Part shown: positions 38,129 through 47,170 of the stretch, one piece after another
How the letters are laid out: each line of letters begins with the position of its first letter
How positions within the stretch are numbered: the stretch's first letter is position 1
Source of the DNA: a virus
Lineage: Duplodnaviria > Caudoviricetes
Reading direction: 5' to 3' (one strand)
IMG/VR virus record: IMGVR_UViG_2833436851_000001
Coordinates: 21,726-85,725 of that record
DNA: 64,000 nt
Made by a program: the position numbers and the translations under genes
Notes under the pieces: model-generated
Database searches by the model: none
What the model saw: only the letters and a program-made list of their open reading frames with translations
Told to the model about the DNA's origin: nothing

Positions 38129-39223
38129 CTATCCCTTTAACGGATAACGGGACAGTTGTTCCTTCCGTTTATCCTGTAACTGTAAGGCAAGTTTTTTTAT
38201 GCTCTCTTCATCGGTGGAATAATTACCGGCATTGGCTCGCTTTATATCCCTCCGTCGTCCTTTATCCGTCGTCTTGCAGACCTTCCAGAACTCTTTCAGG
38301 TAGTAATATACGGTCTCTTCAGAACGGGAAACAGCACCGACACCCAGCTCGCTGAAAAGATACCTCCGGAGTTCCTCCAGCGGTTCCCGATACCGGGAAT
38401 AGTTTCCGTTATTGAAATACTTCGCACCTTTGGCCTTGCCTTGCTCGATAGTCCTGCATACCTCCCAGAACTCGTCCAGGTAGTAGTAGCCTTTCCCTGC
38501 CGGAGCCAGATAATTGACCGGCTCGATGCGCTTGTAAAACCCGTTCCAAAGGACACCGGCCTTTTCCAGTTCTTTCGCCAGTTCCTCACGCTGTCCTACA
38601 TTGATTGGCTCCAGCTGGTAATCTTCTACCGGTCCGACAACCTCCCGCAGCGAATACCGCACTGTACCGTCCTCCGGTTTCATGCAGTACATGACAATCC
38701 GTCCCTCGGCATCGATTTCCCGAAACACGCCGTAGCCGATTTTCCGCCCCAATACGCTGATCTGGTACTGGACATTCTCTTTAGGCACTTCACGTGGCTT
38801 GATTCGGTTACGCCATCGGTTCCAGACCAGACCTTCCCTGTAAAGAGACCGTTGGAGGTGGAGAACCGTCTCCTTGTCGGCGATTTCCAACGAGGTGTAG
38901 TCGAAGCATCCGGAAGAGGCGTTCAGTTCATCACCTCTGATGGAGACGTACAGGCACACGGATTGGTTTACACCCACCGTTTCGACAATTCCCGAAATCC
39001 CTTGCCCTACAAGGTTCACGACATCACCGCGCCTGGGCGTATCCGTCTCGAACCATTGCCGGAACTCTTCGTATGTTACGGGCAACCGTTTGTCGGGTGT
39101 TGCGTCGATAGAGACGACAAAGCGTCGCTGGGCACAGAACTGCGCTATGGCCAGTTCATGCGTCTCATTCTTCGGTCTGTAACATCGGAAGAAATCATGG
39201 ATTGCCGACTTGCTTTTACTCAT
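38129..39223 (-). CDS. Hypothetical protein with short internal repeats
   Basis: Start MSKSK at 39223; TATCTTTG on - strand at 39266-39273; repeated YYYLxEFWxVCxT...GNYS. Confidence 0.75.
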   Translation of the reverse strand: MSKSKSAIHDFFRCYRPKNETHELAIAQFCAQRRFVVSIDATPDKRLPVTYEEFRQWFETDTPRRGDVVNLVGQGISGIVETVGVNQSVCLYVSIRGDELNASSGCFDYTSLEIADKETVLHLQRSLYREGLVWNRWRNRIKPREVPKENVQYQISVLGRKIGYGVFREIDAEGRIVMYCMKPEDGTVRYSLREVVGPVEDYQLEPINVGQREELAKELEKAGVLWNGFYKRIEPVNYLAPAGKGYYYLDEFWEVCRTIEQGKAKGAKYFNNGNYSRYREPLEELRRYLFSELGVGAVSRSEETVYYYLKEFWKVCKTTDKGRRRDIKRANAGNYSTDEESIKKLALQLQDKRKEQLSRYPLKG

Positions 39224-40259
39224 CCGGTATTTGCATCTATAAATTATATACAGGTTTACTTTAGGCAAAGATAGAGATTGTCCGGGAAATGCGGGCTTAA
39301 TTTATCAATTTTCTTTTTAGGGGAACCTAATAAAAGTTTCGACAAAAAATTCGATAATTCATTAGCGCATAAATTCCTATACAAGACTATATATGCGACC
39401 GCCTGCTTTGACATCCAAGCTCGGTATGTTTCAGCCGGTGACATTCTCCGCATAACCGTGTCTGCCATAACATGAAATGACAATCGTCAAAAGGATCCGC
39501 CAATGCAAAGCCGGCGGGTAAATGGATTCTTGCAAAGTCTGTCAATGACCTGACGGATTCTCCTGCTGCAAATCCTGTTCTATTTTGAACAAATAATCCC
39601 CCGAAACCGTGCCAAACTTTGAACAAAAAAGTCAGAGCCAAAAATGGGACTTGAAAATCAGGCCGTAGGGCGCGTATCGAATCCGCACCAGGGGTAGTAC
39701 CCACCCCGTTATTTTTAAAAATTATTAGTACATTGTTATTCAATTATTTACAACCTTCACTTTGTAGAAAAGTGAAACTAAAAGCCTATAAATAGACCTT
39801 TGTTTCTTTCGGATTGAAAGCAAAAAAAAATTCTCCCTTGTTTTTAGTCTGTTTTTTAACTCGCAAATAATTGACTATCAATATATATAGTTTTTCTTTC
39901 AGTCTGTTTTTGAGCGTTGAACCCTATATTTTTTTTGAAAAAATTTTTTCTTTTCTGCAATAGGTTGATTTTCAATCAAATAGGAATAACCCTCGCGCGC
40001 GGGCGTCCACTCTCATTTTAGAGCCGTTTTGTCAGTCGGACGAAAAAAATTATTTGGAGGATTGAAAAATTTGTTTTAGAGTTGAATTGAACCCGAAAGG
40101 GAAACAGCCCCGACAAACAGACGGGGAAAACAGAAACAAAAAATATACAGACTTTCAAAAGCGACACAACCGCAACAAGTCTGTAAATAGTAAAAACAAA
40201 AAAAGTCAGTAAGTAAGAAACAGACAGCAAAAACCGCAACAGCGAGAAAACAAAAGCCT

Positions 40260-40890
40260 TTTTTGTGGGAAACCTATTTTTGAGGCTTGGAAAATCAAAA
40301 ATTCGTCCGTGCGTTTTGGAACGCTTAAATAGGGTGTCAAACAACCACACCGAGCGGAACGGCAAACCAATGCCGCAAGTCGGAACGGTCGAAATACGTG
40401 TATTTTGTCCGCATACGCAAAGCCCGTGATTTTGGGAGGGCGAGAGTCGTATGGAAAAGGGAGGCGATAAAATAATGCCATAAGTCTGCCCTTGCGCAGC
40501 CGGAGATAAAAATCGCTATGCGGTAAAAACAATCCGCACGGAGCTTGAGAAAAGAGCATTGCCAATGTCATGCCCACAATCACCAGCCGCCAACCGCCCT
40601 AATGTTAGCTGCCCCGTTGGAAAAGACGGGGGACGTGCCAAAGAAGCACCCGTCGAAATTGGAGTATGTCGGGCTTGCCATGACAGCGGATAATCGTCTT
40701 TGCGTGTGAACGATGCAAATATAGGGCTTTTTTCCGAAATAGCGAGTATAGGGCACGTTTTAGTGAGGTGCAAATTGAGATGAAATCTGCACGCTATCGG
40801 GTGAAAGGTAGCGTGCGATTTTTGGGCACGCACAGGTCGTGCCGTTTTGCCATCCGCAGAACGTGCGGTTCGATTCCGCAGTGCCCTCAA
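40260..40890 (+). ncRNA. Candidate large structured ncRNA with tRNA-like 3' domain
   Basis: No credible ORF; nested stems; AGGGCAC (40750-40756) pairs with GTGCCCT (40881-40887), directly after T-arm TGCGG-TTCGATT-CCGCA; 5' boundary uncertain. Confidence 0.55.
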
Positions 40891-40929
40891 TATGCACTAT
40901 CGCATAGAAACCAACTAAATTTTATCATT

Positions 40930-41538
40930 ATGGCAATCAGTAAGTTAAATGCAGAACAGTTTGCAAACATGGCAGTTAATGCCGCAGGTGTGGTTTTCGA
41001 GTATGCCGGCAAAGACGGCAAAAACACGGCTATGCACTTTTTCGGTGCCGATTACGAAGCGACCGTGAAAACGCAGGACGAAATGTTCCGTGTACTGCGC
41101 AACGTGGTAACGACATTCTGGGAAGTGAAGACCAAAGAATCGCTGCTCCGTGAATCGAATGACGGTATCCGCTCGAAACTCCGTGCAGGAACTCCGCACC
41201 GGCTCATCATTCGCACCTCCGCAGGCATTACGGTCAAAGTCTTCGACCTCGATGCAAGCGTATGGGCGCGAATCGGGTTAATGCCGACCAAAAAGGACTT
41301 GGAACGCTCCGCCCGCGACCGCAAGAAGTACATCCACAATGCCACCAAAGCACTCATGGAGGCACTGAATTTCCGTGTGGAACTGCCCAAGGACATCGCC
41401 CAGACCGAAGAGGTGCAGACCGAACAGGTTGTCGCCGAAAGTGCGACGCCCGTAGCCGAAACGGTGGCGGAACAGCCTGCCCGCAGGCGTGGCAGAAAGC
41501 CGAGAAACGGAGCGGAACCCGTAGCTGTTGCAGCGTAA
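40930..41538 (+). CDS. Hypothetical early protein
   Basis: Start MAISKL at 40930 after AT-rich leader; terminator hairpin 41570-41602. Confidence 0.75.
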   Translation: MAISKLNAEQFANMAVNAAGVVFEYAGKDGKNTAMHFFGADYEATVKTQDEMFRVLRNVVTTFWEVKTKESLLRESNDGIRSKLRAGTPHRLIIRTSAGITVKVFDLDASVWARIGLMPTKKDLERSARDRKKYIHNATKALMEALNFRVELPKDIAQTEEVQTEQVVAESATPVAETVAEQPARRRGRKPRNGAEPVAVAA

Positions 41539-41612
41539 CGGCATAACGAACCCTATACAATCGAAGCAAGACAGCGTGCAGAAAATGTGCGCTGTCCTTT
41601 TTGTTTCATACC

Positions 41613-41855
41613 ATGTATAAACTCATTGCTTTCAACGAAGTGGCGGAAAATTTTTCTGCCCACTTTGCGCTCGGTATCTCCCCGTACTTCGACCGCTGCA
41701 AAAGCCATGAAACGGGGATGCTGCACTTCATCACGCACAAATTTGTGCGGTACTTATGCCAGAATTGCGGATATGAACGCACCGAATCGTTAGAGAATTT
41801 CGTGTGCCGGAGATACAGCCCGCAGGCTTGGAAATTCCTCAAAAAACTAATGTAA
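41613..41855 (+). CDS. Hypothetical protein
   Basis: MYKLIAF... ORF in early-gene orientation. Confidence 0.55.
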   Translation: MYKLIAFNEVAENFSAHFALGISPYFDRCKSHETGMLHFITHKFVRYLCQNCGYERTESLENFVCRRYSPQAWKFLKKLM

Positions 41856-41868
41856 CAAACCTGAGTGT

Positions 41869-42243
41869 ATGATTGAAATATTCAGCGAAGACCGCACTCG
41901 TAATTACGGGCGTTATGCCCATTTCAAGGCGGCCAAAGACACGCTCGACAGGCTGCGGGTAAAAGGCGAAATTGCCGGCGAACCGCCTGCCGTACTGGTC
42001 ATGTGCTACAAAGGCACGGAGTTGCAACGCATCTATACGGCAACGTTCAACGGCCGTTGGCGTGTGCCTAAAGAAGCGAAAACACCCGATGCTGGAGAAA
42101 AATTGCGGGCAAAAGGAGTACCGCAAAAACAATCTAAAAAGCCTCGGCGCATCCGTGCGAAAGAAGCGCAAAGGCGTGCTGACAAGTGTTTCCATGCCGG
42201 TCAGCCCGATTGGCTCGTAAAGCCGCTGCCGATATTCATGTGA
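41869..42243 (+). CDS. Hypothetical protein (N-terminus similar to 42275-42508)
   Basis: MIEIF...NYG...G.ELQRIY compared with MIELY...SYG...GRRLVRVY. Confidence 0.65.
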   Translation: MIEIFSEDRTRNYGRYAHFKAAKDTLDRLRVKGEIAGEPPAVLVMCYKGTELQRIYTATFNGRWRVPKEAKTPDAGEKLRAKGVPQKQSKKPRRIRAKEAQRRADKCFHAGQPDWLVKPLPIFM

Positions 42244-42274
42244 GTTCGGCAATCCAATCATGCACTAAAATCAA

Positions 42275-42508
42275 ATGACAATGATAGAATTATATAATAA
42301 TGCCGGAACCGAGAGTTACGGCAGTTTCGACAAATTGAAAAGTGCCGGAGGTGTGCTTGCAACTCTGGCTTCAAGAGGTGTGAAAAGCGTTACGGTAAGC
42401 AGTTTTCGCGGGCGAAGACTCGTGCGGGTATATCGTGTGCTCACGGGCGAGAGTTGCCGTATCATCAAAATGCCGATACTGCCACCGTCGCCGACACCGG
42501 CGGCATAG
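42275..42508 (+). CDS. Hypothetical protein
   Basis: Paralog-like to the upstream gene; terminator 42532-42561. Confidence 0.6.
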   Translation: MTMIELYNNAGTESYGSFDKLKSAGGVLATLASRGVKSVTVSSFRGRRLVRVYRVLTGESCRIIKMPILPPSPTPAA

Positions 42509-42597
42509 CATAGTGTGAAATATATCGGTGCAGGCACGGGCGGAGAACTCGTGCCTTTTTTATGCCCGATTGTAGTCAAACCGTAATAATCAAAGCC

Positions 42598-42735
42598 ATG
42601 AAGAAGATAATCGCCTTTGCCCGCAAACGGCAGGATGCCATTCTGAACACGGTATTTGTCGCAGGCTTGCTCTTGCTCGTCTGGGTCGGAATCCGTGTGC
42701 TGACGGCTCCGTGTGCTCCTTGTTTCGGATTCTGA
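42598..42735 (+). CDS. Small single-pass membrane protein (45 aa)
   Basis: Not in ORF track: MKKIIAFARKRQDAILNTVFVAGLLLLVWVGIRVLTAPCAPCFGF. Confidence 0.5.
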   Translation: MKKIIAFARKRQDAILNTVFVAGLLLLVWVGIRVLTAPCAPCFGF

Positions 42736-42887
42736 AACTATGAACAGCCCCCGAAAGGCAGTGTAGCCTGAACGTGTGCCGAAAATATGCCCGAATAGTA
42801 ACAGGGAGAGAGTGTTCCATTCAACATTGCACTTGCCGCATCAATCGGTGAGTGCAGTTTTTTTACCCATCTCTAAAGCCTAAATAT

Positions 42888-44456
42888 ATGTTATTCTACA
42901 AATTCCGCAATTTCGAGGAGTTCAACGAACTTTTCGGAATACAGCATCACGGCAATGGGGAGAAAAGCCGTAAAAATAAAATTCTGCTCTCCTATATCAA
43001 AGACCGCAAGTTGCTCCATGACGCCATCACGTCCGGCGACTTTCATCTGCTCCATATTTCGAGTATGGCAGAGTTGAAGCAAACCATGATTGCCGAAATC
43101 CTACGTTCCGGCATCCGTGACGATAATCTGCCGTACAAGGTCGAGATTCTGAAAAACATCTATCGGAGTGCCAATTACTACACGGATGACTACAAAGGTG
43201 TCTGCGAGGACGGAGACTATCGTGCCATCCGCTATGTCAATGCCGAAAACGGGCGTGTGTTCAAGATGAAAATCGGCAAGCTCTACCGCAAGCTCATTCT
43301 CGAAACGGCATTTGGCAGGACATTGCCGGAGCAGGTAATAACGTATCTGTGCGAGGAAATCGCTCAAGAGTGGCAGACATTTACAATGGGATGCCTGCCG
43401 CAAAACCGCCTGCACGTTAATTCTGACTTCCAAAGGATATATGATTCGGATGAATGTGTCGGCGACTTCCATAGTTGCATGGTCGATAAGGGATTCCATA
43501 CGTTCTATGAAAATGCAGTGAATGCCAGTGCCGCCTATCTTGAAAACGAGGACGGAAAAATCATTGCTCGTTGTATCATCTATAACGAAGTCCGTGACCA
43601 GCATGATAAAGTCTGGCGTCTGGCCGAACGTCAATATTCTACGGAGTGCAATGATATTCTCAAACGGGCATTGGTAGATGCCCTTATTCGTGACGGTCAT
43701 ATAGACGGGTACAAAAAAATCGGTGCAGGCTGTGGCGATTCACAGGCTTTTGTGGACAATGAAGGCAATTCGCTCAGTCATCTTAAACTCTCCATTGCCT
43801 GCGATTTGGACTATGGAGATACGCTCTCGTATCAGGATAGCTTCAAAAACTATGATGAATACGAAAGAATTGCCACCAACTTCGGTGAGGGCGACATTGA
43901 ACTGGATACCACGAATGGGGAAATCGAGGATGATGAGAGGGAATATGACAATTACCATGACCGTTGTTGCAACGAGGTAAGAACCGTCTATTGGCATGGA
44001 CGTGAATATACTTGCGATGTGGAAGATTTGGAAGACTTCCGATTTGTGGAAAGCGACGGCGAATATCATCACGAGGATGATGTGTACTGTTGTGAATATT
44101 GTGGAGATTACGAGCTGGCGGACAACTGCTATTATTCGGAGCTTACCGAAGAATCCTACTGCTGTGAGGACTGCATGAGTAATGCAGAGCAGAAATACAA
44201 AGAGAGCAATTGGTACTATTCCGATTACGACGGGGAGTATTACGAGGATGACGACGATGTTGTCAAATACATGTGCTGGCGGTCTGCCCTGAATCGCTAT
44301 GAGCAGCGTACAATCAGCACCGAATCACTCGAAGAACTGGTGGGTGACGGCGATTGTCATGTTTTTGAAGGTACGGCCTACGATGAAATCGATGAAAATA
44401 CAGGGTTGCCTTACGGTATGCGCCTCGTTGCGGCGACAATGCCCGAAGCAGCTTAA
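42888..44456 (+). CDS. Hypothetical protein with acidic, Cys/Tyr-rich C-terminus
   Basis: Start MLFYKF at 42888; FHSCM motif; CCEYC and YCCEDC. Confidence 0.75.
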   Translation: MLFYKFRNFEEFNELFGIQHHGNGEKSRKNKILLSYIKDRKLLHDAITSGDFHLLHISSMAELKQTMIAEILRSGIRDDNLPYKVEILKNIYRSANYYTDDYKGVCEDGDYRAIRYVNAENGRVFKMKIGKLYRKLILETAFGRTLPEQVITYLCEEIAQEWQTFTMGCLPQNRLHVNSDFQRIYDSDECVGDFHSCMVDKGFHTFYENAVNASAAYLENEDGKIIARCIIYNEVRDQHDKVWRLAERQYSTECNDILKRALVDALIRDGHIDGYKKIGAGCGDSQAFVDNEGNSLSHLKLSIACDLDYGDTLSYQDSFKNYDEYERIATNFGEGDIELDTTNGEIEDDEREYDNYHDRCCNEVRTVYWHGREYTCDVEDLEDFRFVESDGEYHHEDDVYCCEYCGDYELADNCYYSELTEESYCCEDCMSNAEQKYKESNWYYSDYDGEYYEDDDDVVKYMCWRSALNRYEQRTISTESLEELVGDGDCHVFEGTAYDEIDENTGLPYGMRLVAATMPEAA

Positions 44457-44482
44457 TCAATTATTTATAATTCAACAAGAAA

Positions 44483-45553
44483 ATGAAATTACTGAAACGA
44501 CTTTACGAAATACATTCCCCAAGCAGGAACGAGAACCGGATACGGACATTTATCAAACAGTACGTATCTAAAAACATTCCCGATGCAGTCATTGAACAAG
44601 ATGCCATCGGGAATTTATATATTACCCGTGGCATCGTAGAAAACTATCCCTGCATCGTGGCCCATCTTGACCAAGTACAAAAGATACACAGCAGGGATTT
44701 CCGTGCGATTGAAACACGCGACATCATTTTCGGATACTCGCCCTCGAAACGTCAGTGGGAAGGATTAGGTGCCGACGACAAGAATGGGATTTGGATTGCC
44801 CTACAATGCCTTGCGAGATATGACGTCATAAAAATCGCATTTTTCGTGGGCGAAGAGATTGGATGCGTGGGAAGCAATGCGGCAAACATGACATTCTTTG
44901 AGAATTGTCGTTTTGTAATACAGCCCGACCGCCGTGGATATAACGATATTATCACACAAATATCATGGGAAAAGATTTGCAGTGAGGAGTTCTTGCATGA
45001 CGTAGAGCCAGAGCGGTTTGGTTACCGTCCACAAGCAGGGATGATGACGGATGTGGAAGCCCTGCGGGGAAATGGTCTTTCGGTCAGTTGCATCAACCTC
45101 AGTTGCGGATACTATGAACCTCATACGGACAATGAGTTTACAGTCAAAGAAGATTTGATGAATTGCCTGTATTTCGTGCGGCACATCATCGAAACCTGCA
45201 CGAAGGTATATGCCTATGAATCGACTGAGGGTTATCATGGGCACAGTCCTTATTGGGATACCGATGATTACAATGGGACGGAAGATATGATGTTCGACAT
45301 CATGATGGCCAACCCCGATTATACACCGGAAGACGCTTGGGAAGTCTATTGCATGAATTTTCCGGAACTGACAGAAACCGAATTCTTGGAAATGTACGAG
45401 GAGCGTATGTTGGCTTACGGCATTGAAATGCCCAAAGTATCAGCATCATCCGAACGGAAAGGTTCTGACAAATCCTCCGTGAAAAAGAAAAGCAAACGGG
45501 GGAAACGCAAGATAGGATTCTTCGCAAAATCTGAAAAAAGAACATGCGACTAA
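44483..45553 (+). CDS. M28/M20-like zinc peptidase
   Basis: AHLDQV, GLGADDKNG, GEEIGCVGS, GYYEPHT. Confidence 0.8.
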   Translation: MKLLKRLYEIHSPSRNENRIRTFIKQYVSKNIPDAVIEQDAIGNLYITRGIVENYPCIVAHLDQVQKIHSRDFRAIETRDIIFGYSPSKRQWEGLGADDKNGIWIALQCLARYDVIKIAFFVGEEIGCVGSNAANMTFFENCRFVIQPDRRGYNDIITQISWEKICSEEFLHDVEPERFGYRPQAGMMTDVEALRGNGLSVSCINLSCGYYEPHTDNEFTVKEDLMNCLYFVRHIIETCTKVYAYESTEGYHGHSPYWDTDDYNGTEDMMFDIMMANPDYTPEDAWEVYCMNFPELTETEFLEMYEERMLAYGIEMPKVSASSERKGSDKSSVKKKSKRGKRKIGFFAKSEKRTCD

Positions 45554-45634
45554 AAACCGGGCATCAGAAACGGGGCTAATCTTATATGGATACCGCTTTA
45601 TGCCGAAATTATTCACGGAATAAAATAAAACATC

Positions 45635-46441
45635 ATGAAAGAGATAAAAATACGATTTCACCATGACGACAAGGGCTACTGTCGGGAATATTGGGAAGTC
45701 TTTTCCGACGACAGCAACAAACCGACTCGCTTCTTGATACGGGACACGTCCGGTCCGGGCGGAACATGGTATATTGCCAGCGAGGAGTTTTACGAACCGG
45801 GGAGCAGCCTTGATGAAGATATTACACTCATTGTGTGCAATCATGCGTGGGAAGAACACATGCGTATCGCCAATGACCGCAATCGGTTCCCCGTTGAATT
45901 TCCGACCGTGGAAACCGCTTGTCGTGAAGCATGGCGCAAGTTTTCCGGCAAACCGGCTCGCTGCCTTGATACTCCTGACTTTTGGAGTTGGATTGGCCAA
46001 TATGCCCCTAAGGACTTGCCGGTATGGGAACGGCATAATTGGCAGAATAATTCCCGCGAGGTTGTGAAGCGGGAAACTCTTGCAAGTTTCGATTTCTGCG
46101 GGGACACGCTATCCATAATTCGTGTTACGGAACGCCACACCGAATGCAACCTTACGTGGTATAAATACTTCGCAGGCAGCACGGCCGAGGATAAGTACGA
46201 CAATATCGCTCTGTTCTATGGCTATGAGGTAGAAGTAGCCCATAAGATCCACGAAGTACAAGGCACTATAATCAGCCGCGCCCTGCTCGAAGAGTACGGG
46301 TATAACGGTAATCTGCCTACCGATGAGCAAATTCAGGCAATAGCCGATGAATTGCTTGAATACTGGGCCGTAAGCGGAGGCTTTAAGGATGCGCTTGGTA
46401 GCACTATGTCGAATATGTTCGGGATCGAAGTCAACGAATAA
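45635..46441 (+). CDS. Hypothetical protein
   Basis: 268 aa ORF with AT-rich leader. Confidence 0.7.
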   Translation: MKEIKIRFHHDDKGYCREYWEVFSDDSNKPTRFLIRDTSGPGGTWYIASEEFYEPGSSLDEDITLIVCNHAWEEHMRIANDRNRFPVEFPTVETACREAWRKFSGKPARCLDTPDFWSWIGQYAPKDLPVWERHNWQNNSREVVKRETLASFDFCGDTLSIIRVTERHTECNLTWYKYFAGSTAEDKYDNIALFYGYEVEVAHKIHEVQGTIISRALLEEYGYNGNLPTDEQIQAIADELLEYWAVSGGFKDALGSTMSNMFGIEVNE

Positions 46442-46445
46442 GTCT

Positions 46446-46685
46446 ATGGAGTTTCAGAAACTTACTACTCACCAGCGCGGAGTAATCCAGCGCGGAATAT
46501 GCGGCGGTGCGGCGCTGAAAGACAAATTACCGCTTATCTCAGAAAACAACACTGTCATAACCTGTGCCCATGAACTAAATGTCTGGGACATCTGCTGCAT
46601 CAGTTCCGATGCCGAGGCTTTCGGTCTAAAAGCGAAATTCGGTTATGACGGTCAAACCATAATCACTTTTACACATAAGAAATAA
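46446..46685 (+). CDS. Hypothetical protein
   Basis: Start MEFQKL at 46446. Confidence 0.6.
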   Translation: MEFQKLTTHQRGVIQRGICGGAALKDKLPLISENNTVITCAHELNVWDICCISSDAEAFGLKAKFGYDGQTIITFTHKK

Positions 46686-46961
46686 ATGGCAGAAATCATA
46701 AAAACAAACGGGATGCGCCAATCGGTGCAACCTGCCAATGGGTCCGACTTTACGCTGGAAGAAATGCAGGCAATAGTCGGCGGAGACATCGAACTTGTAT
46801 TTCTGAACGAAACGGAAATCATGGTCGTGAACGAAGAGGGGAAAATAAACGACCTCGCATACAATCCTGCGGCAACCCGCATTTTCAAAGAAAACCACCC
46901 GAGTGTATCGGACTACATTGTCGGGGATGTGCTCGTGTGTGATAACAAACAAATCAAATAA
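46686..46961 (+). CDS. DUF3846-like small protein
   Basis: LEEMQAIVGGDIE, VNEEGK, N..AT, IVGDVLV. Confidence 0.7.
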   Translation: MAEIIKTNGMRQSVQPANGSDFTLEEMQAIVGGDIELVFLNETEIMVVNEEGKINDLAYNPAATRIFKENHPSVSDYIVGDVLVCDNKQIK

Positions 46962-46963
46962 CT

Positions 46964-47143
46964 ATGTCAGGTGCAGATAAAAAATACAGATGTGAATGCT
47001 GCGGAGAACCTATTACCCGTGAGGAATACATCAGTCAGGGATTATTTAATGCGTTTTGCAAAACCTGCAAAAAATTAAGCCCGAAAAAACGCAATGAGAG
47101 AGCATATCGGCTGTGGCAGTCCGAACATAAAGACAAAAATTAA
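46964..47143 (+). CDS. Small zinc-ribbon protein (59 aa) upstream of RT
   Basis: Not in ORF track: MSGADKKYRCECCGEPITREEYISQGLFNAFCKTCKKLSPKKRNERAYRLWQSEHKDKN. Confidence 0.55.
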   Translation: MSGADKKYRCECCGEPITREEYISQGLFNAFCKTCKKLSPKKRNERAYRLWQSEHKDKN

Positions 47144-47170
47144 CTTTCTAACAATATGATTAACTTGTAA

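Noticed and set aside
40750-40890. Canonical tRNA gene
   Set aside because: Too long (138 nt), with no standard D or anticodon arms; kept only as a tRNA-like structure
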